64,000 nucleotides of DNA from Lingula anatina (taxonomy: Eukaryota; Animalia; Brachiopoda), in contig CM120641.1 of the NCBI GenBank assembly GCA_051362555.1, forward strand, positions 25,612,401 to 25,676,400, in the 5' to 3' direction. Of this stretch, positions 1-14,850 are shown piece after piece; the first letter of the stretch is position 1; the number at the start of each line of letters is the position of its first letter. Under the pieces are notes generated by a model. That model did no database searches and was not told the DNA's origin. It was given only the letters and a program-made list of their open reading frames with translations. The translations under genes and the position numbers were made by a program.

Positions 1-500
1 GTTAAGTCTGTGTGGTGTCTGAATAACAGGGAGAAAAAAAATTTTTTTCGTAAAAAAATTCATTTTTTTGAAAATTTTGGCCCATTTGACCTTGAAGTAA
101 AGGTCAAAGGTCAAATCCAAGGGTATATTTGAAATCTACACATATGACTTTTGGAAAGCCGTCTATAGAAATTTTTCCCATAACTCCTTCCGTAGGGTAG
201 ATAATTAGCATTTAATTTTGCCATTTTTAGACAAGGGTGCATTGCAATGAGTGCTACACCCAGACCCCAATACCGACAAAGCCCAAATTTTACGTGGAAC
301 GAGTTGAGATTATAGGTGACCTAAATCCATGAGATGGGTACGGGGGCCCTTACCGTCTAGGAGGAGAAGCGGTAACGGTAGCCATCCGGCGGAGCCGGCG
401 GAGCCGGCGGAGCCAACGGAGCCGGCGGAGCCGGCGGAACGATCCGGACGGGACCGAAACCATGTGTACCGCCAGCGCTAACGCTGGTGGTACAATAAAT
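1..500. mobile_element. End of a non-autonomous Helentron/HINE-like interspersed repeat (truncated by the window start)
   Basis: TGACCTTGA/AAGGTCAAAGGTCA motifs at 87-112, a 9-bp GGAGCCGGC tandem array at about 386-437, then a GC-rich hairpin GTACCGCCAGCG-CTAA-CGCTGGTGGTAC (466-493) followed by AATAAA. This microsatellite + terminal hairpin layout is typical of HINE/DINE-like elements. Family assignment is inference. Confidence 0.55.
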
Positions 501-741
501 GGCAAATTTGTGCATGTGCATGTTTAAAATACAGTAAAACACTCTGCATAAGGTTGAAAGTCAACCAAAGTTACTTTAAAGACTATATGCCATCTTTACC
601 CAGAATACCACTTGCTGTCAATAAATTAATCAAAACCAGTGTTCAAATTGAATATAAAATTCATATGAATAAGGATGTAGAGGCAAGGTGGTTAAAGTAT
701 AAATAAGATGAATGCTTAATTGAATATATTATCCAACTTAC

Positions 742-3700
742 TCCTCAAGATTTGTGGGTTGTGTTCCATTAACCCACATCTCAAGATTTCTCTGCCAGAG
801 ATTTTGAAAATCATGTGCCAAGTCCTCAAATTTGACATTTGCAAACATTTTCACAATTGTTTCAATATACACATTGAACTCAGCTTGATGTTTAGCCAAG
901 TTTTGATAGGTCTGGATCAGTTCAGTCCAGTCTAAGTTTCCAAGTTGGATAGATGTGTTAGAGAGAGTTTGAACCTGATAATATAAAACAAAAAATATAT
1001 ATTTATAAGATAGATGGCACTGGTACAATAGGCTTTAGAACCCATAAATGCCAGTTTCAATTCTACATATCAGCAAGATTCCCCCATCAATGAGGCACCT
1101 ACAATTTAACTCTCACTCTAACTTCCAATGATGTCTTTGAATTATGTTTACTATGCCAATCACAAATGCTTAGCTATCAGGCATTCATGGTTCGCAATTA
1201 TCACACCTGTCTAACACTTGTTAACAATCTTCATAAAACTTTACTTTAATATACAATTAAAAACTTCATTTTAAGTTTTAAAACCATGGAAAATGTTTCA
1301 GTGAGTCTTTTAAATTCTTTCAATATCTTTAAAAAACATCAAGGACATAAGACCGAGAGATAGATACAATGCTGTATTAAATTCAAAATTAAAAAGACAG
1401 ATAAGAAAAAATTGAATTAAAAAATCAAAGCACCTGATGAATCAGCTGATCAACTTTAAAAGCCTTCATCAGCTCATCATTGTAAGCAGCAGAGACATTA
1501 ATCCTACAGAGAGCATCCTGCAGCTCTTGCAAGACAGGCCGATCCTCTTCATGTGTAATCTCAAAGATGCTGATGTAGCCGGGGTCAACACAGTACAGGT
1601 GCTGGACACTGACATTCTGCTGGATTTGGGCTAACATTTCTTGGAGCTTGAAAATGAAAACAATTGTTTTTTATTTTTAATAAATATGTATATTCACATT
1701 CTTATTTCAATTCAACTGAAGGTATAAATAACATAATTTACCATCTTTGTTATATAAGCTTACTTAAAATAAAGATATTCACCAAATAATTCCACAACTA
1801 GCAGATGTATCAGAAACATTCTGAAGCCACAAAGTGAAATTTAATACAAGTTATATTCTCAAAAGTATAATTTGTTCCTTTAAGACAGTTATTGTATTGA
1901 ACAGACCTTCTTCATATTGACAGTAGAAGCAAACAGAGTATGTTGTACATAGGGTGCCAGTCTTAGGGTGGTATTGATATACTCTGCTATGGTGGTTCCC
2001 TCAGGGAAGAGGTTGTAGAATGTGATCTTTGTATCTGAAAATATAACATTTTTTTTCCATAAAACATGTCATATTACTCAAAGAAAGAAAAATTGCCTTT
2101 TAGTAGCACTGTGTCAGCATATATATATATCATATTTTACTACCAGGAAATCAACAAATTACGTATTTCTTTAAATTTTACAGTACATTGGTTGAAATAA
2201 CATGCTCAAATATTTCTGAAAAAGGAAACATGATTTTGCAGTGCATTATTCTTCTTTCACTTCTTGCTTTCTCAGTGAATAGTGATCAAGCAATTTCTTA
2301 TAAGTCAAAGTCAATAAAAAGTCAAAGGCATCTTCATCCATTTACTAAGCATGTATTTTCTGTCATTGTCATTAAAAAGTAATCATCTGTTCAGCAATAA
2401 AATGGAAACTATTTGCAAATATCATTATGTTTTGTATATATACAGTATTTATCACACTGTACATGTTTGCCAGTTCATGCAGGTGTATTAGTTTATATAA
2501 GGATTTTGTTACTTTCATTATTCATAAATGACATAACCATACCTGGAATGACTTGGAGTCCATTGCTGGTCCAGTTAGCAATGGCCTGTCCAACCTTAAT
2601 GCCCCTCTTGATGTCTGTCCACACTGGGCTGTTCTGTGTCCACTGGGTGATCAGTGGGTCAAGGTCATTCAGAAACTGACCAATGCTGGAAGCAGAATAC
2701 CAATAGTTTAATATTGTTTTTTATTCATGTTCTCAACACACTCGCATTGTAAGAATACTCTCTCTAATGATTCAATCTCACTTTTTACAAGTGCCTGTTA
2801 GAAAAAGTATAGACACTAGGTTACTTTTATTACATTTCTTACAGGTAGTGTTATTTATGAACAAAGCATAATTATCTTTTAAATAAAATCACTCCAGCAA
2901 ACCTATATTCCTGGAGGTTCCTTCTTTACACAAAACAAAATCTATATTCATGCATTTGAATTGATCTCTGCACATAAATTAGGTCACAATAATACAAACA
3001 CTAGTCAATAATGTAGCAGCTAGGATATACTCACAAACTGAAATCCATATTGCCAGAAATTGGGTTCTGCATCAACTGTATGAAGTTTGCGACATTACGC
3101 AGCCAGCCCATGGCTTCACGGAGCTGGGGGACATTGGCCATCAGTGGCTGAAGGGAGGACATGTTGGTCAAAAGTTTCATCATGGCGGCTACATCATGAA
3201 GGATTTCCATCTCTGTGATGTTAGCAATGGCTCCCGTCATCTCACTAGCCTGGAAGTGGAATGACAATATATATTGACCTTTTCAGGAAAAACATTGGGG
3301 TTTTTCTAACAATAATTAAACTAATTTTTAAATCATACCAATTTTCAAATCATACTTAATCAGACACTGCGAAAAAAAGGTGCTTCTAGTATTTACTGAA
3401 AGTAACTTCTGAAAACAGAGATGAAACATTGTACTTTTTCCTTTTTTAACCAACCAATTTCCAATCAAAAACTAAATTAACTATGAAGTGACTGTATTAA
3501 AATATAAAACCCATTTTAATATTTTATATAGCCTCCCCCCATGAATTCTTTAATTAAATTAATACAGGTTGGGTTACTATTGTGTGAAACTCTGGATCAG
3601 GATTGGTCTTGTTTCAATGCACTATGTACAGAAAGAATTTTTTCCTCACCAGATTTAAGATTTTGGTGACACTGATCTGTCGCTGCAGTTCTTCCACTAT

Positions 3701-6700
3701 CTGTGGGATAAGATCCTCATTGATGTTACACATACTGCTGCTGACAACATCCACGTCTGTTCCCCTTGGAAACAGCAGGTACTCCTTGAGACGGGTTGGG
3801 CTGCAGACTATGCCCTTGTAGTCCCTGTAGCCTATTAAGTCATAGAGCTGAATCACAAACAAAAAAGTAAAAGAAAATATTAATTAAATCATTCATATTC
3901 ATTACTGGGTTGGTATCATGTCTTCTAATTGTTGTTTTATAACATCAAATGGTTAATACACTTATATACTTAATAATTTTATTATTTATATTATCAGGTT
4001 TTGAATTCATTTATTTATTTGCTATATCACACCTTGATTTCTTTATCTGGTTTTTGTCATGGAATTAGCTTTTTTTTACAAAGTAAGGACAAAATCTTCA
4101 GAGACCATTATATAAAAGTTTGCATAAGTGTACCCTCTATCAGTTCCTATCATAGTCTGTAGTACATGATTGTATGAATTCACCCAGTTCTAATAACTTC
4201 TACTCAAGAAAATATGTGTTGTCCACTTGTCCTTAGTCCACATCTTGTCCATTCATGCTTGAATTCCACGGGGTTTTGAAGAGAAGGTTCATATTAATAC
4301 TTACACAAAAGGGTAGCCTTATTGTTGCTACCCATGGACTCACCTTACTGACATTGAGGGATGAATTTAATACGGCCTCCACAATGTCTGGAGCCAAGAC
4401 ACCCGCCTGGGTTGTCAGATAATTTTTTACATCTTCGGGACTTTTGAAAAGGTCTCTCACTTTCAAGTCAGCCTCTGGAATTAAAATATTCTTTTTGTTA
4501 TATCTATAATTGTAGGAAATGAAACTTTAAAATGTTTTTAAAATATTGAAGGTAAGGCATTCTGGCACCTGTGGCAATTCACATGAAGTCATATTTCTTA
4601 TCAATTAACCCTTTCTATTGTAAAAATTAAATTTAAGTTAATTAATGTTCTGATCAATAAATGATAAAATCTTCCCTCTACAGTACAGCAACAACAAAGA
4701 TCTGGACAATAAAATACTGCACATGCATAGGCAGATATTGTGGGAGAGGTCTTAGCTGCCCCTATTTTTTATCTTATATTATTCAATTTTATTTTACATG
4801 TAAATGTGCAGATTGAACGCTAATGGATTTTCTAACCCTAACCGTGTCTAGCAAAAATCCATCCATGCTGCTATAAAGTTTAGGTATTTACATCCAGTCA
4901 GTCTATATGATAGTTGTAATATAATACCAGATATGCAACTGAGCACAAAAGAAAATTCTATAGGAAAATGCCTTTAAAAGACTTCAGAATCAGTTTTTCA
5001 TTCTTTTTTTTACTTGTGATGTGAAATACTGGTACTACCTCACTGAGTAAACACTGGAACAAAAAAATGCATTTCTCTTTTTTTTCACACATTTTGTTCA
5101 ACATTTCAGGAATTTCATAGCAAACAAACCATTTGAATGAGACCCAAGTGAATCATTTGGGCTTCACAATTGTTAATATGAAATATCAACATAACAAGGC
5201 TCAGTATAAGGGATTGTTTGTTTGTTTGTTTTTCTGGGGGGGGGGGGGGGGGGGGAGGAGGAGTCTTCATTGAAAGCACGAAAGATTCAACAAAATGAAG
5301 GACTTTTTACATGTGTTTTTATCAGGGCTATGAGTGAAAATATGGAGATGTTATCATATGGTCCTGGCTACTCAATACTAGAGGCCAAATGAGTGATAAA
5401 ATTTATTTCATACCAAAATTTTCAGTCTCACAGTAGAAAAAATTGTTATGAATTTGTCAATATCTTGTGAAAAATCAACCTGTAGCCCTGGTGGAGGGCT
5501 GGTCCTGGCTAGGTTGAGACAGATAAAGCCCTCATCTCATTTAGAATTTGCCCAGGGAGAGATATGCTTCCTCCTAGCAGGGGCTGTTTACACAATCATC
5601 AAGAAAGTAATGAAAAAAAAATACATCCCTTATTACCAGTACATATTGCAGAAAGAACAAAAATCAAAAGTGGAATTAAAGTTGCTGAAAATCAATCCCA
5701 ATATTAGATTGAACCTACTGAGTATTTTCTGGACATCCTCATCCTGAAAAGCTTCATTTAAGGAATCCACAAGTTGCACTGTTTTCGGAAGGTCTTGCAA
5801 CACTTCTCCAGTGGTCGACTCTTTATCTAGTATGGGTTGTATTTCCTCAAAAATTTGTGAAACCCTTTTTAAAAGAAAGGAAACTGGACTTTAATCATAA
5901 AAAACTAAAATAAGTCATTTATAACATTGTATCTTCTGTGTATCAAGTTAATGTCTGAAATAGAACAGGTTAAGATAAAACCATAGCAAAATTGGGAGAG
6001 CTTTGAAGGGGGGGGGGGGGTGAATTAAGAGAAAAATTCACTTGTGAAAAAACTGTACAGGTAGTTAAGTAAAACATTTAATCTATCAAATTTAGCTTAT
6101 GTAAACTGGGATTCATAAACATTTATTCTCTTTCAATCAAATCAAAGGTGTCATGACAGATATGCCTGAAACATTTTTATTTTCAGCACCATGTACAATG
6201 TCTACCCTCTGATATCAGAGGCCCCTAAAATAGTATAAAAAATTTCACTCCTTTTCAACATTTTTTAAACAGACTAGTGCACCCTGTGGTCAGAGAGTAC
6301 CATATGTCCATCAGGAGGTGACCTTGGCAGTTTTATGTCACTGAGCAAGCATTTGGTTTCATAACTATACCGTGAAATATGATCCCTGTTATATTGTTTG
6401 ACACAGGTGTGGCAGTAAATGCTTGAATAGAAAACGTGTTAATTTTGAAGAGACATGACATTCAGAAGAAATGTCAGTTTTCTTTAATGTACAAAGAAAG
6501 CAATTTTTGACAGCTACATTAAAATTAACTAATCAACTATCCATAATATAAATTGGTACATGAAAGATAAAAAAAAATTTTTTTACAATATATTTGAAAA
6601 GTAAGTTATAGAATGTCTGCCATAAAATCATTATACTTCAAAAGTCATGTAAACTGTACATTTTTCTCTGCCCTTGTATAAGTGACCAGAGTCATGTGGT

Positions 6701-9700
6701 CAAAAGATGGGTCATAAATAAATTCATTCTTATTATGTGTACAAAAAGGCTCTACTTGTGGGAACCATGAAACCATGATAACACTACGGGGCCATGCTTC
6801 ACAATAACTGGAGGCGTAAAGTCCACAGAGGCTGTACATTGTCCACTCTTCAAACATTCCTTTTTATTGTATGACTTAGCAAATGTGACTTAAGCTAACA
6901 GTTTGTAGGTATTGTGAAATAAATGGACGAAGCTGCATATTTACAACTCCTTCAACAAGAACTGAGCAGGCCTCCACACTTACTGAAGATAAAGACATTT
7001 TTTATATAGAACAACTAATCAAGTCTCTTGGTTTTAGCATCAGAGAATTTTGGAAGTGAATCTTTATGTGTCCCATCAAAAAATGTTACCAAAATAGGTA
7101 TGTCTCACATGTGTCTTCTACTGATATCTGCTGAAAACTTCATTCAGTTTTCAATAGGGACACCAGAATGATTATTGCAATTTCAATCACAAAACCGAGA
7201 AGCATGTACCCAGGTTTATTTTTATTTTTTATACCAGTGTTGAACTGGCTATTGGCAGACTGCATATACTTGAAATAGTTTTCAAGCAATCATTGAAGAT
7301 ATTTGCGAGGTTTACACACATTTTTTATCCAACCGCTCAAAGAAATACCAAAAAGTATACTTTTATTATCTTTAGCAAATCATAAACAATTTTTTTCAAA
7401 TACACAATTTCACACCACCTCCTCCCTCAAATACACATTTGCCATTGGCATCCCAGCAGACTACTGAGGATCTTAAAAGGTTTCAAATGGTTTTCAGACA
7501 TGTTGTCACACCTGGTACACCTGAACTGTAATTAGTAACTACACATAAAAATCCTTAAGTGAAAGGAACATACTCATGATATCTCTCAGGGAACGGAATC
7601 ACACCTGCATAACTAAATAAAGTGATTTTAATCGACAACTGTAGGTGTAAATATCTTAAATCTGATCTGCAAGGAGACACCATGAAACAGACATAATAAT
7701 TTGAAAAAAATTTGTGAAACTTCTCTTTGTCATGTGCAACTCTAGTAGTTATTCAGTAAATTTTCCATAAATGAATCTTTTGAAACTCCAGCCATGTGGC
7801 TTGTATTTTTTTGTCTTTTAACTTATTAAAAATAAGCTTTTATTTTTTTATGAAACATTGAACTTTTCACCACAATTCTCTTCTGATAGCCTTTAATTAT
7901 TCAAGCCAAACTGTAGAAAGTATCAGTCCCTATATAACATGATATAATTCAAGTAAAACATTTGATACATTGGTATTTTTTTGCCAAGTCAAATACTTTT
8001 ACATTTGAAAATTGACTAATTTTTACATTTTAAAACATATTTCGTCTCAATATATTCTGAAAACATTTCCATCTTGAATTGCACAATCAACCCAAATAAT
8101 TAATAAGTAACCTAATGATTTGTTAGAGCTTTTATGTTGATGTTTGACTGTTCCTTTCTTATCTCTGTTAGTTCAACCAGAATGCGACATCATGTGGTTA
8201 AGGTTATCTGGAAAATTATCTCAGAAACTAAGTTAAGTACAAGTGTTCTTAAACCTTGCCTTTCTATTCTGTATACCCAGGCTGCCTTCGATTATCTGTT
8301 AACCACAAATTTCCTAATAAAATAGATGAAGTTTTGCATATTTAATAAGTGTGAGGTACTTCATCAGCAAATGAGTTACTAGTTTGGTATCTGTTTCCGC
8401 TTTGCTGACAAAGGTTATGAGAGTTATCTTAAATTAATCCTTTCATCCAACGGGTTTCTGCCCTAAGCAACAGCAAGATAACAATTATATGCAGTTTTAA
8501 TTGGCACCGACTGACTCAGAGGAGTTTGTTCATAACTTCAATTGATTTTCCAAAGCACACATTAACAAGCATGCGCAGTTTTATTAAGCTTCATATCAAG
8601 CTGGTTATATGGATTACTAGCTACTTCCAAACCTCGGTGCTCTTTAAGATACGTATTTGTGTACAAACCTAGCCAACAGTGGTCAACAGAATAATGCTTT
8701 CACTACAACTGAAACCCATTTTTCTTATGCAATCTTCGTGGATTGCAAAGTGAACGTTTTACAGATTATCAAAAGATGTTCATTTTGTAAGTTCATTTTT
8801 GACAAATATTCTTTTGATAAACAGCTTAGATGTGTGCTTCCAAACGTGAACATTTTCAATTTTTATTCACTTTAAGACTAAATTTTTTTACACAATATTT
8901 TGAAAGTTTTTAAGTTTCTTACTTTACTAATGGCTGTAAATAAGAATACTGTATTCTGATTCATTAACAAGGCCTGTGAATGCAACATACTCTATATACA
9001 GTCTAAGGATCTTTGATTTCGTAAGTAACTGATATCTATTATATGATAAAAATATGATAAGTAGGAGGGTGAGGTATCTATATACACCACCATACATGAC
9101 TTCTGCTGCTTATGATGCCTTTGTTTACCTGGCATTGGACTAATTCAAAGTTAAGATAAAAAGCTTAATTTAAGCAAGTTCAAGGTGCATCATGACACCA
9201 ACATGTATCAAGAATGATAATGATTACCGAGCGCTGAACTTTGAACAAAATGCAATTACGCCATAGCATGGGTGTAGGGTTAGAAAAATGCTTGGGGAGG
9301 TGGGAGGGGGGGAACAAAAATATGCAAGAAGGTTATTTGTGGCACCCATGATACTCATCTAGATGCTGATTGAAAGGAAAAAATTAACAGAGGGACTGGG
9401 AAAAAGAATTAAGTTAATACTTTACATGCTCATCTCCCAAAAAATATATTTTCAAAAATCTCTGTGGACAAGTTAGATCTACAGCTTATATTCAAAAGAA
9501 TAAGCAAGAATTCTGACAAACAAAAATCTTTTTCACATTTTCATAATTTGGCATAAACATCAGCAATATGACGAGACATATTTGCAAACATTTATAATGA
9601 AGCAAAAAATAATTTAAATCATTAAAATCATATGACACTGTTGTCTGAAATAAAGAGGGTATTACCTGGCACTGGCAAGTACGGACTCCTCCACCTGTGC

Positions 9701-12700
9701 TCTAGACTGGCATTTGTTGTCTATGTTACATACAAAAGATTGTAGAAATGGAAGAACCCCTGCACTGGGCATGGCCCGCTCTCCAAATTCACCTAAAATA
9801 GTTGAAAGAAAAAGTGTAAGAAACTTGTCAAATGTGTTGACACTTATTCCATCAATAACAAATCAAGGGCCATTTTTATGATACAGAATATTATTTGATC
9901 TGATAAAATAAGTTTGGATTTGGATTTGGTAAAAGAAACTTTCACTGGTAGATTTGGTCATTAGATGGCATGCCATCCCAAAGGGATTGAATAAAATCTA
10001 AGGTTTATCCATAAAACTAACAAAAGAGAATGGTCATTTTTGGAAAACTGCACATTTATACATCTAATTTGTAAGTAATTCACAAAATAACTCTAAAAGG
10101 AATAGCTTTGATAATGTATATTGCAGGGCAGCTCTTGAGCTCTTGCCATAGGAACAGCTCCCTCAAGTAAGATAGGTATCTGTGACAAGAAATACGAATA
10201 GAGACACATAACTGCTATTTCAAACTGCTGGACTTTATGCCAATGAAACTACCAATCTGGTAATAATTCTTGAATTGAGTAAAAAAAAAAACCAACAAAT
10301 TGTGTATATGAAAACTCCATAAAATTTCAGTTTTATTTTATCAATGCACTGATATAGATATCATCAAGGATGCATTCTTGATAACACCTAACTGTAAACA
10401 TGGACTAAGAAACCACTAATAAAAATTAAGCAATCATTTATCTATGAACTCCGTAAGCAAATCTTGCTTATCTTATTTTTTGATAACCCAGATCTTTTAT
10501 CTTCAAAGTATCAAGGGGCAAAACAATTGAACTGAAATGCTATCAAAATCCCATCTAACACAAACAGAAACGTGTTTTAGATGTCAGACAGTCTCTATTT
10601 ATAAGTTAATAAATGACATTTTATTAATTGTTGCCTTCTCATCATTTTTGTCTGCTTTCATATATTAAACACATATATCATATTTCAATGCAAACCATGA
10701 TGGGTTCTTTTCTAATCCTGACCATTAGAATAACCTCATTTTTCCATTTGAACCACTGTTGTTGTCAACAATATACGTTACACAGGAGACTTGGGCTTCA
10801 GCAAACAAAGTTATGTAAACCACAGGTGAATGATATGTACTGAGAGATAGGGGAACAATGATCCCTAATACAGGAAAAATGAAGCACACTGTAAATGGCC
10901 ATTTTTTGTACTTTTTATATGAAATCTGTGAACTTTTTCATCTTTTTTCCATGTGAAAAGGACGTAATTTTTTTTTTGAATAACCCTTCTCTCCCTCCCC
11001 ATCCCCCAATATAAAGCGCATCTGTGCCACTTTGAGTCACACCCATACACATAGGCATCTCATTTCATTGTGAAGGGGCACTCCTTGAAAAAAAAATAAT
11101 AAAAATGAAAGCAACTGCACATTCCCCTTATTTTCCCCCAATTCATGGTAGTAGAACTGTTGCAAGATTGCGAAATAAGGGATATATATATATGAATCAT
11201 TAAAAAATCCCACCCACTCAGCACTCACTCCAATCCTAAGTCCTTCGTTCAGATATATATGCCTATGGTTTATGTTTAATTTTCAAGTACCTATCCCTGG
11301 ATTTATATCTGAACATGACAGATTAAGATATAAAAAAATAAACTCTCCTAGATACATGGCCAACCAGCCCAAATATTTGGACCCTGTTCTCCTCAAGGTA
11401 TGCACATAATAGGAGATTGAGCTATACTATATTGGAAATATCCTTTCATTCCACCTGACCTCCTTAATAGACAAAAATGTATGTAAGAGGTCACATGTGT
11501 AAGGAAAGCACAAAATAACTACAGGCTGTTAATGTTCAATTTAGTGCTGTTAAAGGCTACATTAGTCTTCAATGTCCTCCCAATGCCTGGTTTTAATTCA
11601 ATACATCTTATTTACAGGCACTTGGGTGGCCCATGAAGTGGATAATCATAAAATGGACAATTAAAATCAAATCAGAATTCATCATTCATTTACTATCCAT
11701 TTCTACTCTATGACAATACAACTTCATATTAATTCTTGTTATGTCTTGCCCATTTTATTCTCCTTGTTAACTATGATTAAAATATTATTGCTATTTAAAT
11801 CACTGGATTTTAAAGACTCAGTACATATTTTAAACCACCATTGAAAAAAACTGCAGCTCTCTGGCCTCAGATGAATGGGACAACATGCTGTAAAACTGAC
11901 TCTTTGACTCTTTTCAGTTGTGCATCACTAATGTTTCCTAACAGAACCAACAGCTTGTGCAATTTTTCAGTGGCTGTACAGTTTTCCAGATGACTTTAAA
12001 AATGCACATGGACATTTAATTCGCACGCACTAAGTGAAGACTATACACACTTTGTTTATGACCAGACAAAGGACTCTGCTTAAAAGTCTAATTTGCCAGC
12101 ATGATGCAGTACATTAAGAGAAAGCTTTAAAATTTTTATACATACATGATCCAACATACTGAGGTAACGTCTGCTGTCTGATCAGAGCCACGACAACAAA
12201 TAATGCAATGGGCCACAGAATTTCCAGAAGCAAAAGAACCTGAAACAGAAGATTTTGAAAAATTTGAAAAAGATCTTAAGAAAACAAATAAATGCATGTG
12301 ACTGTGTCTTCATACTACATGGATATAAATGTGCAAATTCTACTTCCTGTATTTATCAATTCTACAAAAGATAACTTTCTTCAAAAGAAGATTCCTATCA
12401 ATCTTAAATAATTATTAAAATTTTCAATTTATCTATTAGATTCATTTAGATCTAGTGTTAAGGTTTTTTCTGAATGCATCATCCTATACAAGCAGTGTTC
12501 ATGGATCAGAAGGCTAGCTCAAATGAAAAAAAAAAGAATTCAGATAACTGAATTGACCAAGCAAATGTGGTGTCCTTTTAACAATAAATAAATTAACAAA
12601 TAAATAAATAAATAAATAAATGACAAGAACAACAATAAATAATGGCCCTTGCAGTCATGACAAACTTTCGTGACGTTAAAATAGCCTAATTTTGGAGCAG

Positions 12701-14187
12701 ACGCTGGCCAGGCCCAGATGGATAAACACATCTTTAAAAATAGCCAGTGGAATAAGTAAACATTAGTACAAGCCAGTAAGGGTGAAGAGACAAATATCTT
12801 GAAGTTTATAAACTCAATATATATTGCATAATGAATATGAGTCGATATTTCACAGGCAAAGTACATAGCCGAAGTGGAACTTTCCTACTTTCAAGGGCAT
12901 ATTCATCTTTGCCCGGCTTCGAGCCATACAAAGACGTTCAAAAACATCTCAGTAGACAGAAGCCCAATATTTACTGGATCGGTCATAATATCAAGGTGGA
13001 GGCAGCCTTTTTCACTTAATTTAAGAGTGGGCAAAGTTGTGCTGTTCAGTGTGTAAATGTGACGATGTTCCACAGTCTAAGGTCTCTATAACTTTTTCTA
13101 GGCACCATCAACATTTTGTTTCGCCTTCAAATATATCATCCAGATTTTATAAATTAATAAGTTCATTATTTCACTTAGTATTCTTATTGAATTTTTTTTC
13201 ATTTTTTATGCGTACACTGTTCCTCTAATTTTATCCATTCAACTTAAATGTCGAAAAAGTCGCTGTACAACTAGTCTCATTTCATCGCCGTAGCTTTATG
13301 TAACCAAACTGTTAACGTGCCGTCATGTCAGAGAGAAAATGAAGCATCTTTTATAAAAGATGGTTAACCAGCAAAACCTACCCTATGCTATCAGGGGTGT
13401 TTAAAAGAGTATACAAAATTAAAGTACAGGCGACTCAATAATTTTGTAACAGATTATAATTGCTTCAAAAGAGTCACAAAATGATTGTAACATACATAAG
13501 TAAAACCATTATGATTATAATGATAAATCGGCTACTGCATAAATGTAGGATCCAACTTAACTAATGATGGACTTTTGATAAAATCTATCATGAGGAGGAT
13601 TTGCAAGATCCAGATGCCAACTTTAATCTTAAACAAGAAAGAAGTAAAATAGGCCACTGCACTGGAAGAGTTCAGAGTTGCAGCAATAAACGATTTAGGG
13701 CAAGGTCTTGCAAGGGCGGTGTCAACGAAGTGAGAAGCCCATGAGCCAAATTAATTTGTGATTTGCAAACTCTGATGGGATCCTTTCGATTACTTTTTTC
13801 CAAGGCTGCATTTTGGGAACCTCTAGATAATGCAATTTTATCCAGCTGCTACTTTTTTCATGTACGGAAAACTGAATCGATCACGAATACAAAACTGTTA
13901 GTGTGAAAATGAATAGGAAACTATTACGCGCGAGGAGCAGCATATTTTTGTTTCAAAATTAAATTGCCTCTTCTTCGCTATTAAACATTTTAGATAACAA
14001 CACAGAAAGAAGTCACATTCAAATTATGCCCCCCAAAGAAAATTAAATAAATGAATAAATAAATAATAATAATAATAATAATAATAAACTTTATTTCTCT
14101 CAAACAATGTAAATTCCTTACCGGTTGTCGAAGCTTTTGCTTAAAATTCTTCTTTAATATAAGTCCAAACTGCCCGAGAGCCCCCAT
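742..14187 (-). CDS. ABC transporter subfamily A (ABCA1/ABCA2/ABCA12-like), 5' part; gene continues beyond the left edge
   Basis: Phase-consistent GT-AG exons: 14122-14187 (MGALGQFGLILKKNFKQKLRQP), 12146-12239 (VLLLLEILWPIALFVVVALIR, TM1), 9666-9792 (CEFGERAMPSAGVLPFLQSFVCNIDNKC, cf. ABCA1 [23 protein letters not shown]), 5719-5864, 4344-4474, 3650-3847, 3035-3249, 2543-2685, 1907-2034, 1434-1646, 742-974. The 66-nt and 94-nt first coding exons match ABCA1 architecture. Exact paralog is not resolvable. Confidence 0.93.
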
Positions 14188-14850
14188 GATTGGCTTGTTA
14201 GGGGGAAGTGGCGGCTTGAAACGTTTTCACAGTCTGAAAAAGTCAAAATATAAATTTAAGTTGTAAGAAAAACACACAACCCCTAATCCCCAGGAGAAAA
14301 AAAAACTTATCCAAATATAATGCTGACATCAGATGTTTACCTATGAATCGTGAAGATGATATTCTTTATAAACCAGAGCAAATAATATCAAGGTCATCAT
14401 TTTAAAACACAAAGCACGCACAGCACGTACTGCCTATTTAAGTTAAAATTTCACACAACCACGGGTTAGATAATACTACAGGGCATAAGGTTGGTTCAGC
14501 TTGGGTAAACTTGTGAAATACGGCATTTTAACTACAGCAAAGACAACTTGAAAGGGTAGTAAAATAAGTCAACTTAAAAAAAGCTTGAACAAACATCTAA
14601 TGAAATAGTTCTTTTTAGGGTTATACCGAAAAGTTATCATTTTTTTACTAAAAAATTTGCAACAGCAAACTTTTAACTATAAACTTGTTTTATAAACTTC
14701 GCTCTTCTTCTACAATCTAAGCTCTCCCATATACCCTTACCTATTCCTTTGAAAACAAACGTCGTCAAAATGTCACAAAAAGTGACATAACGAATCTGCG
14801 ACAAATGAAAATCAATACCAGCTTGCCTTTTGTCTCGTGTTCTCTGTGAA
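14188..14850 (-). promoter_or_regulatory. ABCA 5' UTR and probable non-coding first exon / promoter
   Basis: Acceptor TTTTTCAG at 14234-14241 opens the ATG exon at 14233. A strong donor AG|GTAAGG lies near 14740. The region is locally CpG-richer. TCAAGGTCA at 14388-14396. The transcription start itself cannot be placed. Confidence 0.45.

Noticed and set aside
357-542. Proline-rich ORF (PPAPPAP)
   Set aside because: It is a translation of the 9-bp tandem array inside the HINE-like repeat.
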